Source of the DNA: Octopus vulgaris
Taxonomy: Eukaryota
Direction of reading: 5' to 3'
NCBI GenBank assembly: GCA_951406725.2
Contig: OX597814.1
Location: forward strand, 75,826,001 to 75,890,000
DNA length: 64,000 nt
Part shown: positions 50,798-64,000 of the stretch, one piece after another
Position numbering within the stretch: the stretch's first letter is position 1
Layout: every line of letters begins with the position of its first letter
Translations under genes and position numbers: made by a program
The notes under the pieces: model-generated
The model's input: the letters and a program-made list of their open reading frames with translations, nothing else
What the model was told of the DNA's origin: nothing
The model's database searches: none

Positions 50798-53700
50798 AGT
50801 GTGAGGCAGTCCATACAATCCAATCCCAATTATTAGACTTGGAGGTCTGACTACAGTGGTTTAGTGAGCTAAGATGGCTGCAGTGACCAGCAAGCTGTAG
50901 GTTTTACTTTGGAGTGGTGGTCTTCTCCTTATTGAATTACCTTACATGGCTGGAGAGCTTCACCCACCCTGGAAACCCTGATACAGAATAAAACCAAGGC
51001 TAAAAGTTATTTGACAATCAGTTTGCTCACTCAGGGCTGCCCTTGGGTTAAGCAATAACAAAGACAACAACTAATACAATTACCACTAGCCACACCACAG
51101 AAATCATCATCATTGTCATTGTCATCTCTATTATAACCATCACCATCATAATGGCCATCATCACTTAGTATATTATCATCTGCCTATCTGCTAGTATTGT
51201 TGCACCGATTAAAATCTTCGCCCTCGCTGTGACTACTATTGTTCTCACAACCAACACCGCCATCACCACTACCAACACCACCAACACCAACACCAACAAA
51301 AATAACAACATCAGCAACAATATTTTTGTATTTATTTTGGTGTAATACATTGAATAGATGGAACATTAATGAAACATATTGACAGCAACAACTTATCATT
51401 ATCTCTACCTTTTCATCATTTTCTGGGTGAAATTGTTAGTTCTTGGAAATATAGAAAGAAAGAGAGGGTGGAGATTGAGCAATAGAGAAAGAGTGAGAGG
51501 GAGAGAGAGAAAGAGAGAGAGAGAGAATGAGGAAAGAATGAGAAGAGAAATAGAATCTTCAATATTTAAAAACTGTGTTTCCAACATATATTCAAACTGT
51601 AGAATCCAAGACAAATTTTACAAATGGCCATTGAGAGAAAAGAGAAGTAGGAGGAGGAGAAAAAGAGGAATGGAAGAAATAATAGGAGGAGGGAGAATTG
51701 GAAGAGAATGAGTGAGAGAGAAAGAGAGAGTGAGATATATTGCAATGAGGTTTAAGAGAATATTTTTTTTATCATTTTTACTGAATATAAAAATATAATC
51801 AATACTATCAATGTCTGTGAATTACAAATATTTTGTAACAAGTTAAAACAATATATTTACAGGAATAGTTTGTCTTTCCTTTCCTAATAAAAATAAACCA
51901 TAAAGAGAAAAACTATACAGTTTTTTCCCTTCTGTTTTTCATTTTTGTTTTGTCTTCTTTTGATGGGATGTATTTATATTTGTATCTATGAAGCAACTAA
52001 TGGTCATGAAAGCAAATCAAATAAAATGAAATAAAGGAAGCAGACCATGCCAGACTTAGAAGAAAAACATTCACTTCACATAGACACTGACTTCTTATGT
52101 AACTACAAAAGTCCTCCACCTGGAAAGTAAAACAAAACAAAACATTACAAAATATAAAGAAAAAAAAACAGCAAAGCAATTTATAACTAGTAGTCTTCTC
52201 TATAACAAAAATAAACAACTTTATTTAACCCTTTAGCATTCAAACCAGCCAAATCTAGCCACCCATAAAAAATAGTGATATTTGTTCCGACCAACTATAC
52301 TTAGGCTCATTGACACATTTTTTCTGGTTGCAGGAAAAACTTCTGTTAGATCAAAGAAAAAGTCAAGTTTTCTTAGTTTCATCATTTTGCTATTTTTGTA
52401 TCATGAATACTAAGTTTCATTATTTCCTTATTTCTGGATTCATTTCTGTCTTTGCTGTCCTGTTTTGTAGTTTTAAGTGTTGTGTGTACATGTGTGTACA
52501 TGTGTGCACACATGCATGTATGTGTATGTGTGTGTGAATGTATGTTTGTGTGGCTTTAATAAAAGCATATTACTCTGCCTTTAGTATTCGAGTACTATTT
52601 TTTCCACCTTGTTTTGCATTTATGTGCTTACAAGTGAGTGTGTGTGTGTGTATGTGTGTGATAAATATGTGATCATTACTCCACCACTGCAATATGTCAT
52701 ATCTTCCTAACTTACTACAAGTTTTGCTTTGTGTACAATGGGGATTTCATATAAAGAAAAAGCAACTCAAGTTTTTCTTTGGATACCAAATGCAAGAAAA
52801 TGCCTCTGAAGATATCTGGTATCTTTGCATTACAAAGACAAGCATATTTGTTCAGATTTCCTTGAAATGGATCAGATTAGTGACCAGGAGAGAAATATGC
52901 TTCATTTAAACCATTCGATTATATAACCCCATGATCTATTATCAGAACTTGTCAAAAGACCTTATCTTCATCTCTTGAATCTAGAGCCAGTTAGCAAAGT
53001 AGACTAATTTTTCATTCATTTCTTCTCCTAAGTTAAAGGTTTGGCTGAATTTGAGCTCAGCACTGTATGCTTATACAGCATTCAATAATTATATGGTAAG
53101 CGTTTCCATGGTTAGATCTTCATATCTTTGGCATATTTTGTTTGTACATAAAACTCTAAAGACCCTAATGTATTCATACCAAATTCGAAATGTAGGAATA
53201 TTACATGTGTAATCTGCAACAGATCTAAATAACAATTCACAAACTACAGCATCTACGGTATGTTTGATCTGAGTAAAGAATCATTGCATAATGTGACAAT
53301 CTAAATGGCCAGGGTTTCATTTTTATATTATTTTTGGACTACTTCTTGCTTCCTATTTTGATGCTTCTTATAGGAAGACATGTGCTTGTATTTACATATC
53401 AGAATATTTTTGGAAAATATAAATTTCTTGGGTGAGAACTAAAATAGGAAGAAAACCAATTAGTTTATTATGTTTATGTCTACATTAAAAGTTTAAATAT
53501 ATACATTAATACATATTAGTTTAGTAAGTTTATTTGTAAACATACTGAAATGTTTAAAACATATTTAATGTTATTGGAGATAAAAATTGAGTTTAATATG
53601 TGAGAACTTTCAGGAAATCATTCAGCTAGCATCAAATCTAATGGTTTAAAGCTAGTTGACTTATTTCAAGTTCACAGTGGCTATTGCATTTGTTGACAGA

Positions 53701-54304
53701 GATCGTTCATAACTACTCACCAGTGGACATAATTTAGGTCAATTTATGAAACTGTATGTATAAGTTTAAAATATATTTATTACTTCTACCAAGGTTTTTA
53801 TATATTATACACTGAAATGAATAAAGGTTTCTGTTGATCTTTGTAACTCAGTAACTTATTAAAATGTTAACATGCCTTAGTAAATGTTATATATATTTCA
53901 TAATATATGCAAACTTCCTAGCAAATTTTAAATTAACAAAATTCTGCTTGTAATTTCTGTAATATATGTTGTCTCTTATAACCATTCCTATTGTCAAAGA
54001 GGATTTTTATTAATTCTATATCAACATTGTACAAAATTATTGAAATATATATTGCAACTCAAAGGATATATAAAAAAAATACTAAATAAATTATTGCTCT
54101 GCAAGGGATTGTAAAATATTCTGCTTTATATGTTGAATGTGTTGTAACATATTTAATGTATGAGCAAATATATTTCAACCAATGAAAATTACCTTTACAG
54201 TGAGGGGAGGCAATAAAATAGGCTCAAAGACTTATGTTAGTATTGGTCTAGGAAAAAATGGGGATGATAACTTTGAAATTAAAATGTTTGAATTCCATTG
54301 AAAC

Positions 54305-54525
54305 TGGCATTTAAACTGGCCATACCCAGCCTAAATATTCCACCTGTTTTATGTTCAAACCAGTCAGATCTAACCTTTCATATCAATCCTACAATGTCAT
54401 ACTAAAAATAAACAATCACATCATCAAAAATCTCGAAGTTATGAGATAATACATATTAGTTCAAAACAATGTGAATAAATAAGCATTAAGTTTAATAGAG
54501 TAATGTGAATGTTGAAGAATAAAAG
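54305..54525. mobile_element. MITE family 1, degraded
   Basis: Collinear with 50580-50795. Confidence 0.7.
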
Positions 54526-54600
54526 CTCAATCAAAAATTATTTCATATGGTTAGCTTTCTTTGTCACACTAACTTGTGTGGATACCTAGTTAGTATATAT

Positions 54601-56927
54601 TGTGGTATAGGGAAAAAAAAGTAGTTCACCTACTTCACAAATCCTCATGTAATGTCAATCCTTTCCAGATGGAACATATCCATGAGTACCCTACCTGTCT
54701 AACCTCTGGCTAGAAGCTAGCAGCAAATTCTCTGAACTCACACAACCACCACGTTCATCCCAAGTGGCAGCTTCAAAGCAAAAGGAGGCCCATGCTAGTT
54801 GCCCTCCAGCTCACATGACCTTCCTTGCTCCTGTCTTTCCAGCAAAGCCCCTCGGCTGTTTGCATGATATCGCTGACCCTATACTTCCAGTAAGGCCCAC
54901 AAGCCTTCCTGATCTCATAGTCTACCCTATCATCTCATTTGAAGTCAAAATCCACCATCCATCTGGGAAGATGTCTTTCCCACTGTGACCTCCATAGAGA
55001 TGTCATCTGACAACTTAATGATCCTGCAGGCATCTATGGCAGCCATTATTATTCCTTTTCCTCACAGATGTGCAGAGATTGGGAAGTTGACCCAAACTTC
55101 ATCCCCTACTTGGCTGAAGGTAAGCTCTCTTTCTTTTGCAGGTCATTTTGATACCATACATGGATGTCATCAGTCATATTTGAATATTGCTCTATGTGAT
55201 ACCAATTGGGGCTACATATTATGAAAATTACTACCTCAATTGGTGAGATATGCCTCCTTTACATCATGGACTTGATTGTGTGATGATGTCTTTCTATGAT
55301 CCCATTTTCATTTGGCCTATACACCATTCTGAAGAAGCAGTTCATGTTCCCCTTATCAAGCATTTCCTTCAGCACTTGCAACCAAAATGCTGTTGTCCAT
55401 CAGCAATTCATCCACAGGGCCCCACTCCAGGTATATCTTCTTCAGGATTTGTGCAATTTCATCTGCAGTCCTTGTTTTGATTTCCCTCTATATTACCATT
55501 TGCCCAAGTTGACAGTTGACCATTGAGAAATACAACCACTGCCATTTGTTTCCAGTTGTGTTCCATGGGGGTGTTCCCCCCCACCCATCAGAGCAGGGTC
55601 GATGGATTGACACCTGAAACACTCCCAACCACTTTCTGAATGCTCTGATAATGTTGGAGTTAATTTACCTGGCTAGTTACAGAGTACTACCTACTCCCAT
55701 ATAATGCATGGCATGCAATCTCCTTAGCTCCAAGTCACTCAGCTGATACATTGCAGCTATCCCCCATTTTGAATCATCAGACACTTCCAATCGGGTTTTC
55801 TTCACCCTGGTTAGAATCTCTACCTTATTTCTTTCCAAGGGCACAAAGTCCAAGCTCAACTTCAGTTCGAATTCAGTAGCTAGCTCTCTCAGAATACTTA
55901 GGTGGTGCTTTATTATTTTTCTGCTGCTCTTTTGGGCTTCAGTTCCCTGCTGCTCTTTTGGGCTTCAGTTCCCTGCAGTCCCTCACCATGTGCATACCCT
56001 GGCACCTGAAACACTGGCCTTTAAATGCTCATAGCCACACCACAGGGTCTCTCTTCTCATCATTCATCATTGCAACCTGACAAGGTATGCATTTCACTTA
56101 TTGTTTTGCATCAACACATGGACTTGAGTGATGAGTTCACACATAGACATCTTGTCATTATATGGCAGCTGTTGCATCCACACTGATATCACATCAGGGA
56201 AAATATTCATGAATGTAAGCCACACTGCTTTTTCAGCCCTTCCTCTGTAAATCCAGAGAGTGTGACCAACCTTTGAATTTCTGCTGCATAAATGTCAACC
56301 TGCTCTCCTCTCCAACTCTCCTTTCCTACAACTCTTCTGTAAACACTTCCTTTAAGCACCATTCGATCTTCTCCACATCCAGTTAGTCTGCTTCGTCATT
56401 TTGAGGTATGATGCAAATATATTTCCCTCCAAATACAGAACAATGAGACCTATCACATCTTCAATGCCCTGCAGCTTGGCCAACACCTTGATCTTCCAGG
56501 TCCAGGTGATAACATCACCCTTGTCACAGAAGGGTTTGATGGCATCTCTACTGATCCTTATTTTTGCTGATGTATTGTCCAGAAAGGGAGGGAGAAATTC
56601 ACACAGGTCAAAATAGCTTGAAGCATGGGGAAAAAACATAGCTCATCTATCTTTCAGATCCTTTCTTAATGTCAGTCCTTTCCAGATTGTATATATCTGT
56701 GAGTTCCCTACCAGCCTAACTGCTGGCTAGAACCTAGCAGCAAATTCCCTGAACTCATGTGGCTACCACACCTGTCCAGAGTAGCAATCCATAAAGCAAA
56801 AGAGGCTCATGCTAGTCATCCTTCTGCTCACATGACCTCCCTTGCACTTGTCTTTCCAGTAAGGCCCCTGTCACCATTCTCGTGACATCACTGACCCTAT
56901 ACTTTTAGCAAGCCCCCATGCCCCACA
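54601..56927 (-). mobile_element. Old, internally deleted LTR retrotransposon (Gypsy-like)
   Basis: Diverged ~300-bp direct repeats (54601-~54910, ~56620-56927); TGTGG..CCACA ends; tatat on both flanks; gag-like ORF 56352-56639; CFRCQGMHMVRDC knuckle at ~55975-56012. Confidence 0.8.
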
Positions 56928-58659
56928 TATATATAGTAATTGTTTATCACTTGATGAGACCAATGCTGGAAAATGTTACACTCCACTGATGAGATCTAAT
57001 AATACTGAAACATGTCTAGTAATTATCATAAATAGAAATATAAAATTAAGTTATTATTCTCTTTTGAATGCTTTTATTTCCTCAGTGCATGATTAATTCA
57101 AATTTTAATTAAGTAAAATTTCAGAATTGTTGACCCTCTGCTTTGGTCAGATTTGATTAACATTAAGCACTGGAATTGTTTCTTTCTCCTCACTGCAAAG
57201 ATGGTTGATTAGTTATTAATTTTCAGCTCACTGTATTAAATATGTTTGCACTCACTCACCTAGAGCATTTCATATGGTTGCCACAGGTAAGTAATTTCAC
57301 ATACACATTATAATGTGAAATTTATTTAAACCATTTTCCTTTTAACTCACTGTCTCTGCTCTAACAAAAATACATTCAGCTATTTTAGCATAAGATGTGA
57401 CTTTCTTCTATTTGAGATTCTTCTGTATTTCTTCCATCATGATATTCAATGACTTGAATAAGAGAGGAAAGAAAACATTAATAGCCTGCATACTTTTAAT
57501 GTGCAGATTTCTGTTTGAAATTAGGTCAGTTTCCATTTGTTAAATCTTTATGCTTAGAACTATATGAGTGCATATGTACATGTATCTAAGTAAGTGTGCA
57601 TATATGTATAAGTATGTATCTGCATATATGTATATATGCATACATTTATACATACATACATATACATACATATACATACAAATACATAGAACCAATATTT
57701 ACATACTATTATTTGTATTTTTATGTGAAACTTGAGCACCACTATTTGAAAAAAGAATTATATATATATATATATAACAAAGTGATAGATGTATAGATAT
57801 TGTTGTAGATTAGATGCTGCTTGTCTGCTGAAGAATTCTAAATCAAAATACAAAAGTAGTTTGTTGTCTTTCTCTAAATGCTTAAGATAAATTTAAACAT
57901 GCCAAGACTCCATAACAGTAGCATATTGGCTGTAACTTGATTACTTTGGAATTTGAAGCCTTTTCAAACACTGAGCTCTGTACGAAGAATGTAATTAAAG
58001 TATTCTTGTTAGTCACAAGATAAACAGCTTGTCCATTAAGCAATAATACTTGCCAAAATTAAATTATAATCCTTGCCAAGGCTGAATATTTATCATAAAG
58101 TTCCCCTATATTACCCTGTCCTTATATATTTTCAGAACTATCTGAAGCGCTCAATAGAAAGAATTTTGCCTCTCTCAGATGAAGTGTCAGTCTTAAAATA
58201 CCAGGTTCCTCTTCTCTCTGCACCATGCAAATTCATTAAAACTCATGAACTTCATTATACAAAGTTTTCATCTTAAATGGAAATGCCACTGATTAAGTTA
58301 TTAGTTGTTTGGATGTCAGTCTATGAGTTGAATGGCCAATGGTTTTTATCCCATCTTCTGCACAGCAATATCTTTCTGGATGAAACACTTTATTCTCAAT
58401 GGCTTCATCTATCTAACTGTGAATGGATATCACAGGTAGATCATTTTCTTCTTTGATATCCTCTTCCATATCCATAAAGGGAGTGGCTCAAGACAACAAT
58501 TGTGGTGTATTCAACATTTGCCAGTTTACATCCACCTTCTAGATCCCATTAACCTGTTTTCCAACACAAAAATAGTAGGCTGTATCTTCTTTTTTCAAAG
58601 TTATGTTCAGTTAGAATTAACCAATGTTTGTACTTCTGACAACAGCAATAACTTTGATA

Positions 58660-58870
58660 TGTCTTCATATGTACTTCAAGGAGACATACTTGCACTTTAC
58701 CTCTTTATAATTGTTGCAGATAATGTAATGTGTCTGTTTTGCATTATCAGTTTTAAGTGACAATCCCTTGTCAGGTCAAAGGCTATTGACAAGTTCTGGA
58801 ACTACTTCTGCAAAGTAGCACACAAAATCAATGAATTAAAAACCAAAGTGATGTTTATTGGCGACCTGAA
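58660..58870 (+). mobile_element. LINE RT remnant
   Basis: VLQGDILALYLFIIVAD and KTKVM motifs. Confidence 0.55.
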
Positions 58871-59404
58871 TACTGAAATCGTATATCCTGTCTCAAATTT
58901 GACTTCCTATTGTAATATTTTTTACTATGTCATATGTGTGACATGGTAGACTGTAGAAATACTTTTAGACAATGACACCAATTAGAATAGATAACAGCAT
59001 GCAAGCTTTACTTTATTGGAGTTGGTCAATCAGTGACAAAATTAGTATTCTACTTTTCAAAACTGGACAATAACAGGAAAAGATATAACATCTTGGACAT
59101 CACTCTCTTTTACAATTTACACTTGGAGTTCTTTTCAAGAAAAATCAAATTATGAACAGAGAATTTTTCTGCTGGTTCTACTATTGCTCTATAAATAGCA
59201 GGCTTACAATATACTTGACAAATATTTTGTCAGTTTACAGTAGTGTTGAGACAAAAATCCTCTTGTGAATACAGATATCTTGGAGAATGAAACAGAAAGA
59301 TGTGCAAGTACTTTACCAGGCTAACTTACTCTTATAACATTACATAGAGTCAAGCACTCTCATAAGTACCATTAAACCCAAATGGAGTTTAAAGGTTTCA
59401 TTTA

Positions 59405-60694
59405 CGAGGGACGTTCAATAAGTAATGCCTCTGACCCACTTGCAGTTGTTTGATCTAGCTGAAATTTTGCATGTGCAATTATTTATATCTCTATAGAGTA
59501 AGTGGCAAATTACAGCTCTGAATTAATTGTGGTTTCTGATTTACAGGTGTTTGAACTGAGTCAAGTGTGAAATGGAGCCTGTTGAGTGTCGAGCAGTGAT
59601 CCGGTTTTTGTATTTGAAAGGACGCACACCACGGGAGACTTTTGATGAAATGAAAGTAACTTATGGTGATGATGCCCCATCATATGACCTTGTAAAACGC
59701 TGGCATCGTGAATTCAAACATGGTCGGAACTCTGTGGAAACAGCTCCCAGATCTGGTTGCCCCTTCTGCCATTGATGAGGCATCTGTCCGTCAAGTTGAG
59801 GCTGCCATTTTGGAAGATCGACGCATAATTATTCGCCAAATAGCCCATGAGGTCAAGATTAGTACCGGGTCTGTGGAAACTATCATTCATGACTATTTGC
59901 ATATGCAAAAGGTGTCTGCCAGATGGATTCCCAGGTTGCTCACGCCTTTCCAGAAGCAAGAATGCATCGAGTGCTTGAGGGTGAATTTGGAGATGTGCCA
60001 AGAAAATGACTCAAAATTTTTCAAAAGACTGATTACACAGGATGAAACCTGGGTCCATCACGATGATCCAGAGACCAAAGCCCAGTCAATGCAGTGGAAG
60101 CACCGTGACTCACCCCCTCCAAAGAAGGCAAGGGTGCAGCCCTCCGCTGGCAAGGTCATGCTCACAGTCTTCTGGGACCAGGACGGAGTAGTGACGACAG
60201 ATTTCCTGGCAAAGGGTACCACAATTGCAGGAGCCTATTATGCTTCACTTTTGAGGACATTAAGAGAAGTTATCAAAATCAAGAGGCGGGGCAAGATCAG
60301 CAATGGCATCCTCCTCCTGCAGGACAACGCTCCGGTCCACAACTCGCTTGTCGCCAGATCAGAAGCACAGGCGTATGGCTATGAACTTCTCCCCCATCCC
60401 CCTACTTTCCTGACCTTGCACCCACTGATTTTCACCTCTTCCCAGTTATGAAGTTGTTTTTGAAAGGAAAGCGTTTCCCAGATGATGCAGCCTTGATTTC
60501 TGAAGTCACATTCAGGTTGGAGGACCAAGCTGGGGTCTTCTACAAAAACGGTCTCCAGAGCTGCATCAAGCAATGGGAGAAATGCGTAACTCTGGGTGGT
60601 TCCTATGTAGAAAAAGACTAATAACTGTGCCAAGTTTCGTTGCTCTACTGCTATGGGAGGTGGGTCAGGGGCATTACTTATTGAACGCCCCTCG
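59405..60694 (+). mobile_element. Full-length mariner transposon (1290 bp) with TA target duplication
   Basis: 34-bp TIRs cgagggacgttcaataagtaatgcctctgaccca (2 mismatches); TA at 59403-59404 and 60695-60696. Confidence 0.96.
59572..60621 (+). pseudogene. Mariner DD(34)D-type transposase, frameshifted near 59760 and 60400
   Basis: RAVIRFL, WIPRLL, TQDETWVH, KVMLTVFWD, LLQDNAPVH, PDLAPTDFHLF. Confidence 0.93.
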
Positions 60695-61779
60695 TAGGTA
60701 CTGTTGCAGAGAGGAAATTACCAAATGGATTATGGATCAAATTATTGCATTATGGGCCATAAGTTTTCATTTTTTGGAAGCATTTCAATATATCAAGATT
60801 TAAAACAATGAAGTAGCCTGTATGTACTTACTGAAACTGCTTGAAATAGCAGCCAAAAATCCTTCAAATTTTATTTTTTTATATTTAAAATAAATGAACA
60901 CCTTGGATAACATAATCCTTGGTATAATATGCCAGATAAAAAAGGGTGGGTTGGTCAAATTTATCTACTTAACTACCTAAATAGAAATTCTGAGTCCCAT
61001 CTTCTTAGTTTTACTGAAATAGAATGTGGGACTCTTGGACCATAAAGACCTCAGTTTTTATTTTGAGCTATTTTATTTTTTTATTTTAATTTTACTGTTT
61101 TATGTTGCCAAGGTGATGACAGTGGTAGACCTAGAGCATTAGCGTTAGCAAATAAACATTTTGTGTACAATTTACTAACTCTAATATGGTTTAGAGATGG
61201 TTTCAAATATTTAACAAAGCAATACTTATTAAAAATTGCTGCTAGAAATGTTGTTTACTCAGAGTATGACTGACTGGGTCTAGTGAGTGTAAATGTTTGT
61301 CGTGTATGTTTAATTCATAGGGATGTTTAGTGTATGTGCACAAACGTGTGTGTGCGTGTATGCATGCATGCTTGTGTGTGTGTGTGTGTCTATTGCTGTA
61401 TCAGTGAGTTTGGTGAAAGGTATATTTGTATTTTTCATGAATACATGTATGTGTATCTAATGAATATGTGTGCAGAGCATGAACATGCATATGTATGTTT
61501 AGTAAATATGTCTATATTTACCTAATGAATACTTGAGTGTGTCTGTGTGGATGTTTATGTGTATCTTGTGAAAATATGTACTATATGTCTAAGAATATTT
61601 CTATATTATTAGTTTATATGTATGTCTTTATGTGTATACATACATACACACCCATACATACATACATACATACATACATACATACATACATACATACATA
61701 CATACATACATGCATGCATACATATATAAGCATGTTCCCTGCATCCCTCTTCAGCTCAGCAATTCTAATCTTCTGGGTT

Positions 61780-61978
61780 CATGGGTACTGGTGCCATGTA
61801 AAAGCACCTGTATCAGTGCTGTGTAAAAGCACCCAGTACACTCTGTAAAGTGGTTGGTGTTAGGAAGTGCATCCAATTATTGAAACCATTTCAAAACAGC
61901 TGACCAGCTCCTGTGAAACCATCCAACTCATGCCAGCATGAAAAATGGGCATTAAATGATGATGATGATGATGATGAT
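61780..61978 (+). mobile_element. RTE 3'-end fragment
   Basis: Shared tail plus (GAT)n. Confidence 0.8.
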
Positions 61979-62110
61979 ATATTAGAAATAATTTTATTCT
62001 GTTTATTTTTCCCTTCTTTGCTTACTCAAATTAACCTTAATAAGGTTTGAGCTCAGCACCAAAATCTAAAGAACATAATGTCAAGCTAATCTAATATTAC
62101 TTATAAATTA

Positions 62111-62314
62111 TGAAGGGGTACTGAAAAGTTCCTGGCTTTAAGCATTTTGCAAATGGTTTGGTTGGAGGCCCAACCTTCAGGGCTTAGAAAAGCTGAAGGA
62201 TTGCTGCAATAAGTATGTGAATCTGAGAAGGGGAATATATTAAATAAAATCATAATTAACTGATCCTCATGTATTTTCTTTTACCCAAAGCCAGGAACTT
62301 TTTAGTACCCCTTT
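62111..62314. mobile_element. Mariner-derived MITE
   Basis: TIRs aaggggtactgaaaagttcctggcttt / aaagccaggaactttttagtacccctt. Confidence 0.85.
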
Positions 62315-63962
62315 GGAAATGAGTATAGTAAAGAATTCCAGCCCCCTCTTATTCATCATAGTCCTCCAGGTAATAACAGAAGAATTCGAGATAGGTTGCC
62401 CCGGGGTACTCCTCTATGCTGATGATCTGGCCCTCATAACAGAATTACTACCATAACTAGAGAAGAAATTTCAGGTTTGGAAGCAAGGTTTAGAATCGGA
62501 GGGCCTTAGAGTCAATGTTGCAAAGACCAAAGTTCTAGTAAGTAGGAAGGTGAACACATCATAACCCCCTTCAGGTAGGTGGCCCTGCTTGATCTGTAGA
62601 AAAGGTGTAGAAATTCCATAAGATGTACCCAGTGTAAGCTATGGACACATAAGAGGTGTAGCAACATCAAAGGAAGATTAACCAGGAAGATAGCTTTCAC
62701 ATGCAGCAGATGCATAGGGGCAATAAACACCACAGATGCTCAGAAAACAAACTCCATCACACGCCAGGGGAAGAAACTAGAAGTAGTGGATAGCTTCTGC
62801 TACCTAGGTGACCAAGTCTGTATTGGGGGTGGATGCTCAGAGAGTGTTATCACTAGATAAGAATAGCCTGGGCAAAGATCAGAAAGCTTCTACCCCTACT
62901 GGTGACAAAGGGCCTCTCACTCAGAGTGAAAGGTAGATTGTATGATGCATGTGTGCAAACTGCTATGCTTCACAGCTGTGAAACATGGGCCATGACTACT
63001 GAAGACATGTGTAGGCTCAAAAGAAATGAAGCTAGCATGATTCGCTGGATGTGTAATGTCAGTGTGCACATACGACAGAGTGTAAGCATCCTGAGAGAAA
63101 TGTTAGACATAAGAAGCATCAGATGTGGCATGCAAGAGAGACATTTGTGTTGGTATGGTCATGTACTGCGGATAGACGAGGAGAGTTGTGTGAAAAAGTG
63201 CCACTCTCAAACAGTGGAAGGAATCCGGGGTAGAGGGAGACCCAGGAACACATGGGATGAAGTGGTGCAGCATGACCTTTGAATGTTGGGGCTTATAGAG
63301 GCAATGACAAAAGACCGAGACCTCTGGAGGTATGCTGTGACTGAGAAGACCCAGCAAATAAAGTAAGTCCACAGCTGCAGCCTACACCAGTGTCGCATAA
63401 CCAGTCCACTCAAAAGTACCTTGGATTGTAGGGCGACATGCCATGCTTGAGGAGACCTATTGAGTCTAGTACATCAACATCAGCAATATCAAAATCAAAT
63501 CAATGGAAATTGTAGTTGTGAGCCCCATACCAGTAGCATGTAAAAAGCACTATCCGAATGGGGTCGATGCTGAGTCAAGTACATCAACATCAGCAATATC
63601 AAAATCAAATCAAATGGAAATTGTAGGTGAGCCTCATGCTAGTAGCACATAAAAAGCATCATCTGGATGTGGCCGATGCCAGTGCTGCCTTGATAGGCTT
63701 CCATGCTGGTGGCACATAAAAAGCAATATCCAATCATGGTTGATGCCATCTCCTCTGGCCCGTTGTGCCGGTGGCACATAAAAAGCACCCACTACACTCT
63801 TGGAGTGGTTGGCGTTAGGAAGGGCATCCAGCTGTAGAAACACTGCCAGATCAGATTGGGATCTGGTGCAGCCTCCTGGCTTCCTAGGCCCCAGTCGAAC
63901 TGTCCAACCCATGCCAGCATGGAAAACAGACATTAAACGATGATGACCATGATGGTGATGAT
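62315..63962 (+). mobile_element. 5'-truncated RTE LINE, same family as 865-3150, including PHD finger, ORF2 C-terminus and 3' UTR
   Basis: LLYADD at ~62410; ORF 62902-63282 KGRLYDACV..RWMCNV..RGRGRPRNTW; (GAT)n-like tail. Confidence 0.92.
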
Positions 63963-64000
63963 TATTACTGGCGTCGCCTTACTGGCACTTTGATGATCAT

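Noticed and set aside
52950-54150. Possible very old Penelope-like RT remnant (also 42600-43430 and 32640-33480)
   Set aside because: Only vague motif traces; cannot be supported without a profile search.

Overview
AT-rich, microsatellite-dense eukaryotic (animal) DNA made almost entirely of transposable elements. No host protein-coding gene, rRNA, tRNA gene or CRISPR array can be supported. From recall rather than a search, the SINE, RTE-LINE and MITE families resemble those of octopus/cephalopod genomes. The main feature is an ~11.3 kb minus-strand block (5548-16812). It holds one near-full-length but disrupted L1/Tx1-type LINE (ORF1 with CCHC knuckle; ORF2 APE-RT-Zn finger), preceded head-to-tail by three ~1.9 kb elements that encode only an ORF1/Gag-like protein homologous to the LINE ORF1. 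These units (order A-B-A') share conserved 5' and 3' termini, a recurring junction motif and a covarying RNA hairpin at the ORF start, an arrangement reminiscent of HAL1 or HeT-A. A second system is a set of composite non-autonomous Helitrons (3257-5449, 27726-29209, 29222-31101) carrying captured mariner or piggyBac fragments; two of them split a single SINE. Also present are RTE LINEs with a PHD finger inside the RT region, a full-length mariner, a deleted LTR element, MITEs, a foldback-like element and a long palindrome.
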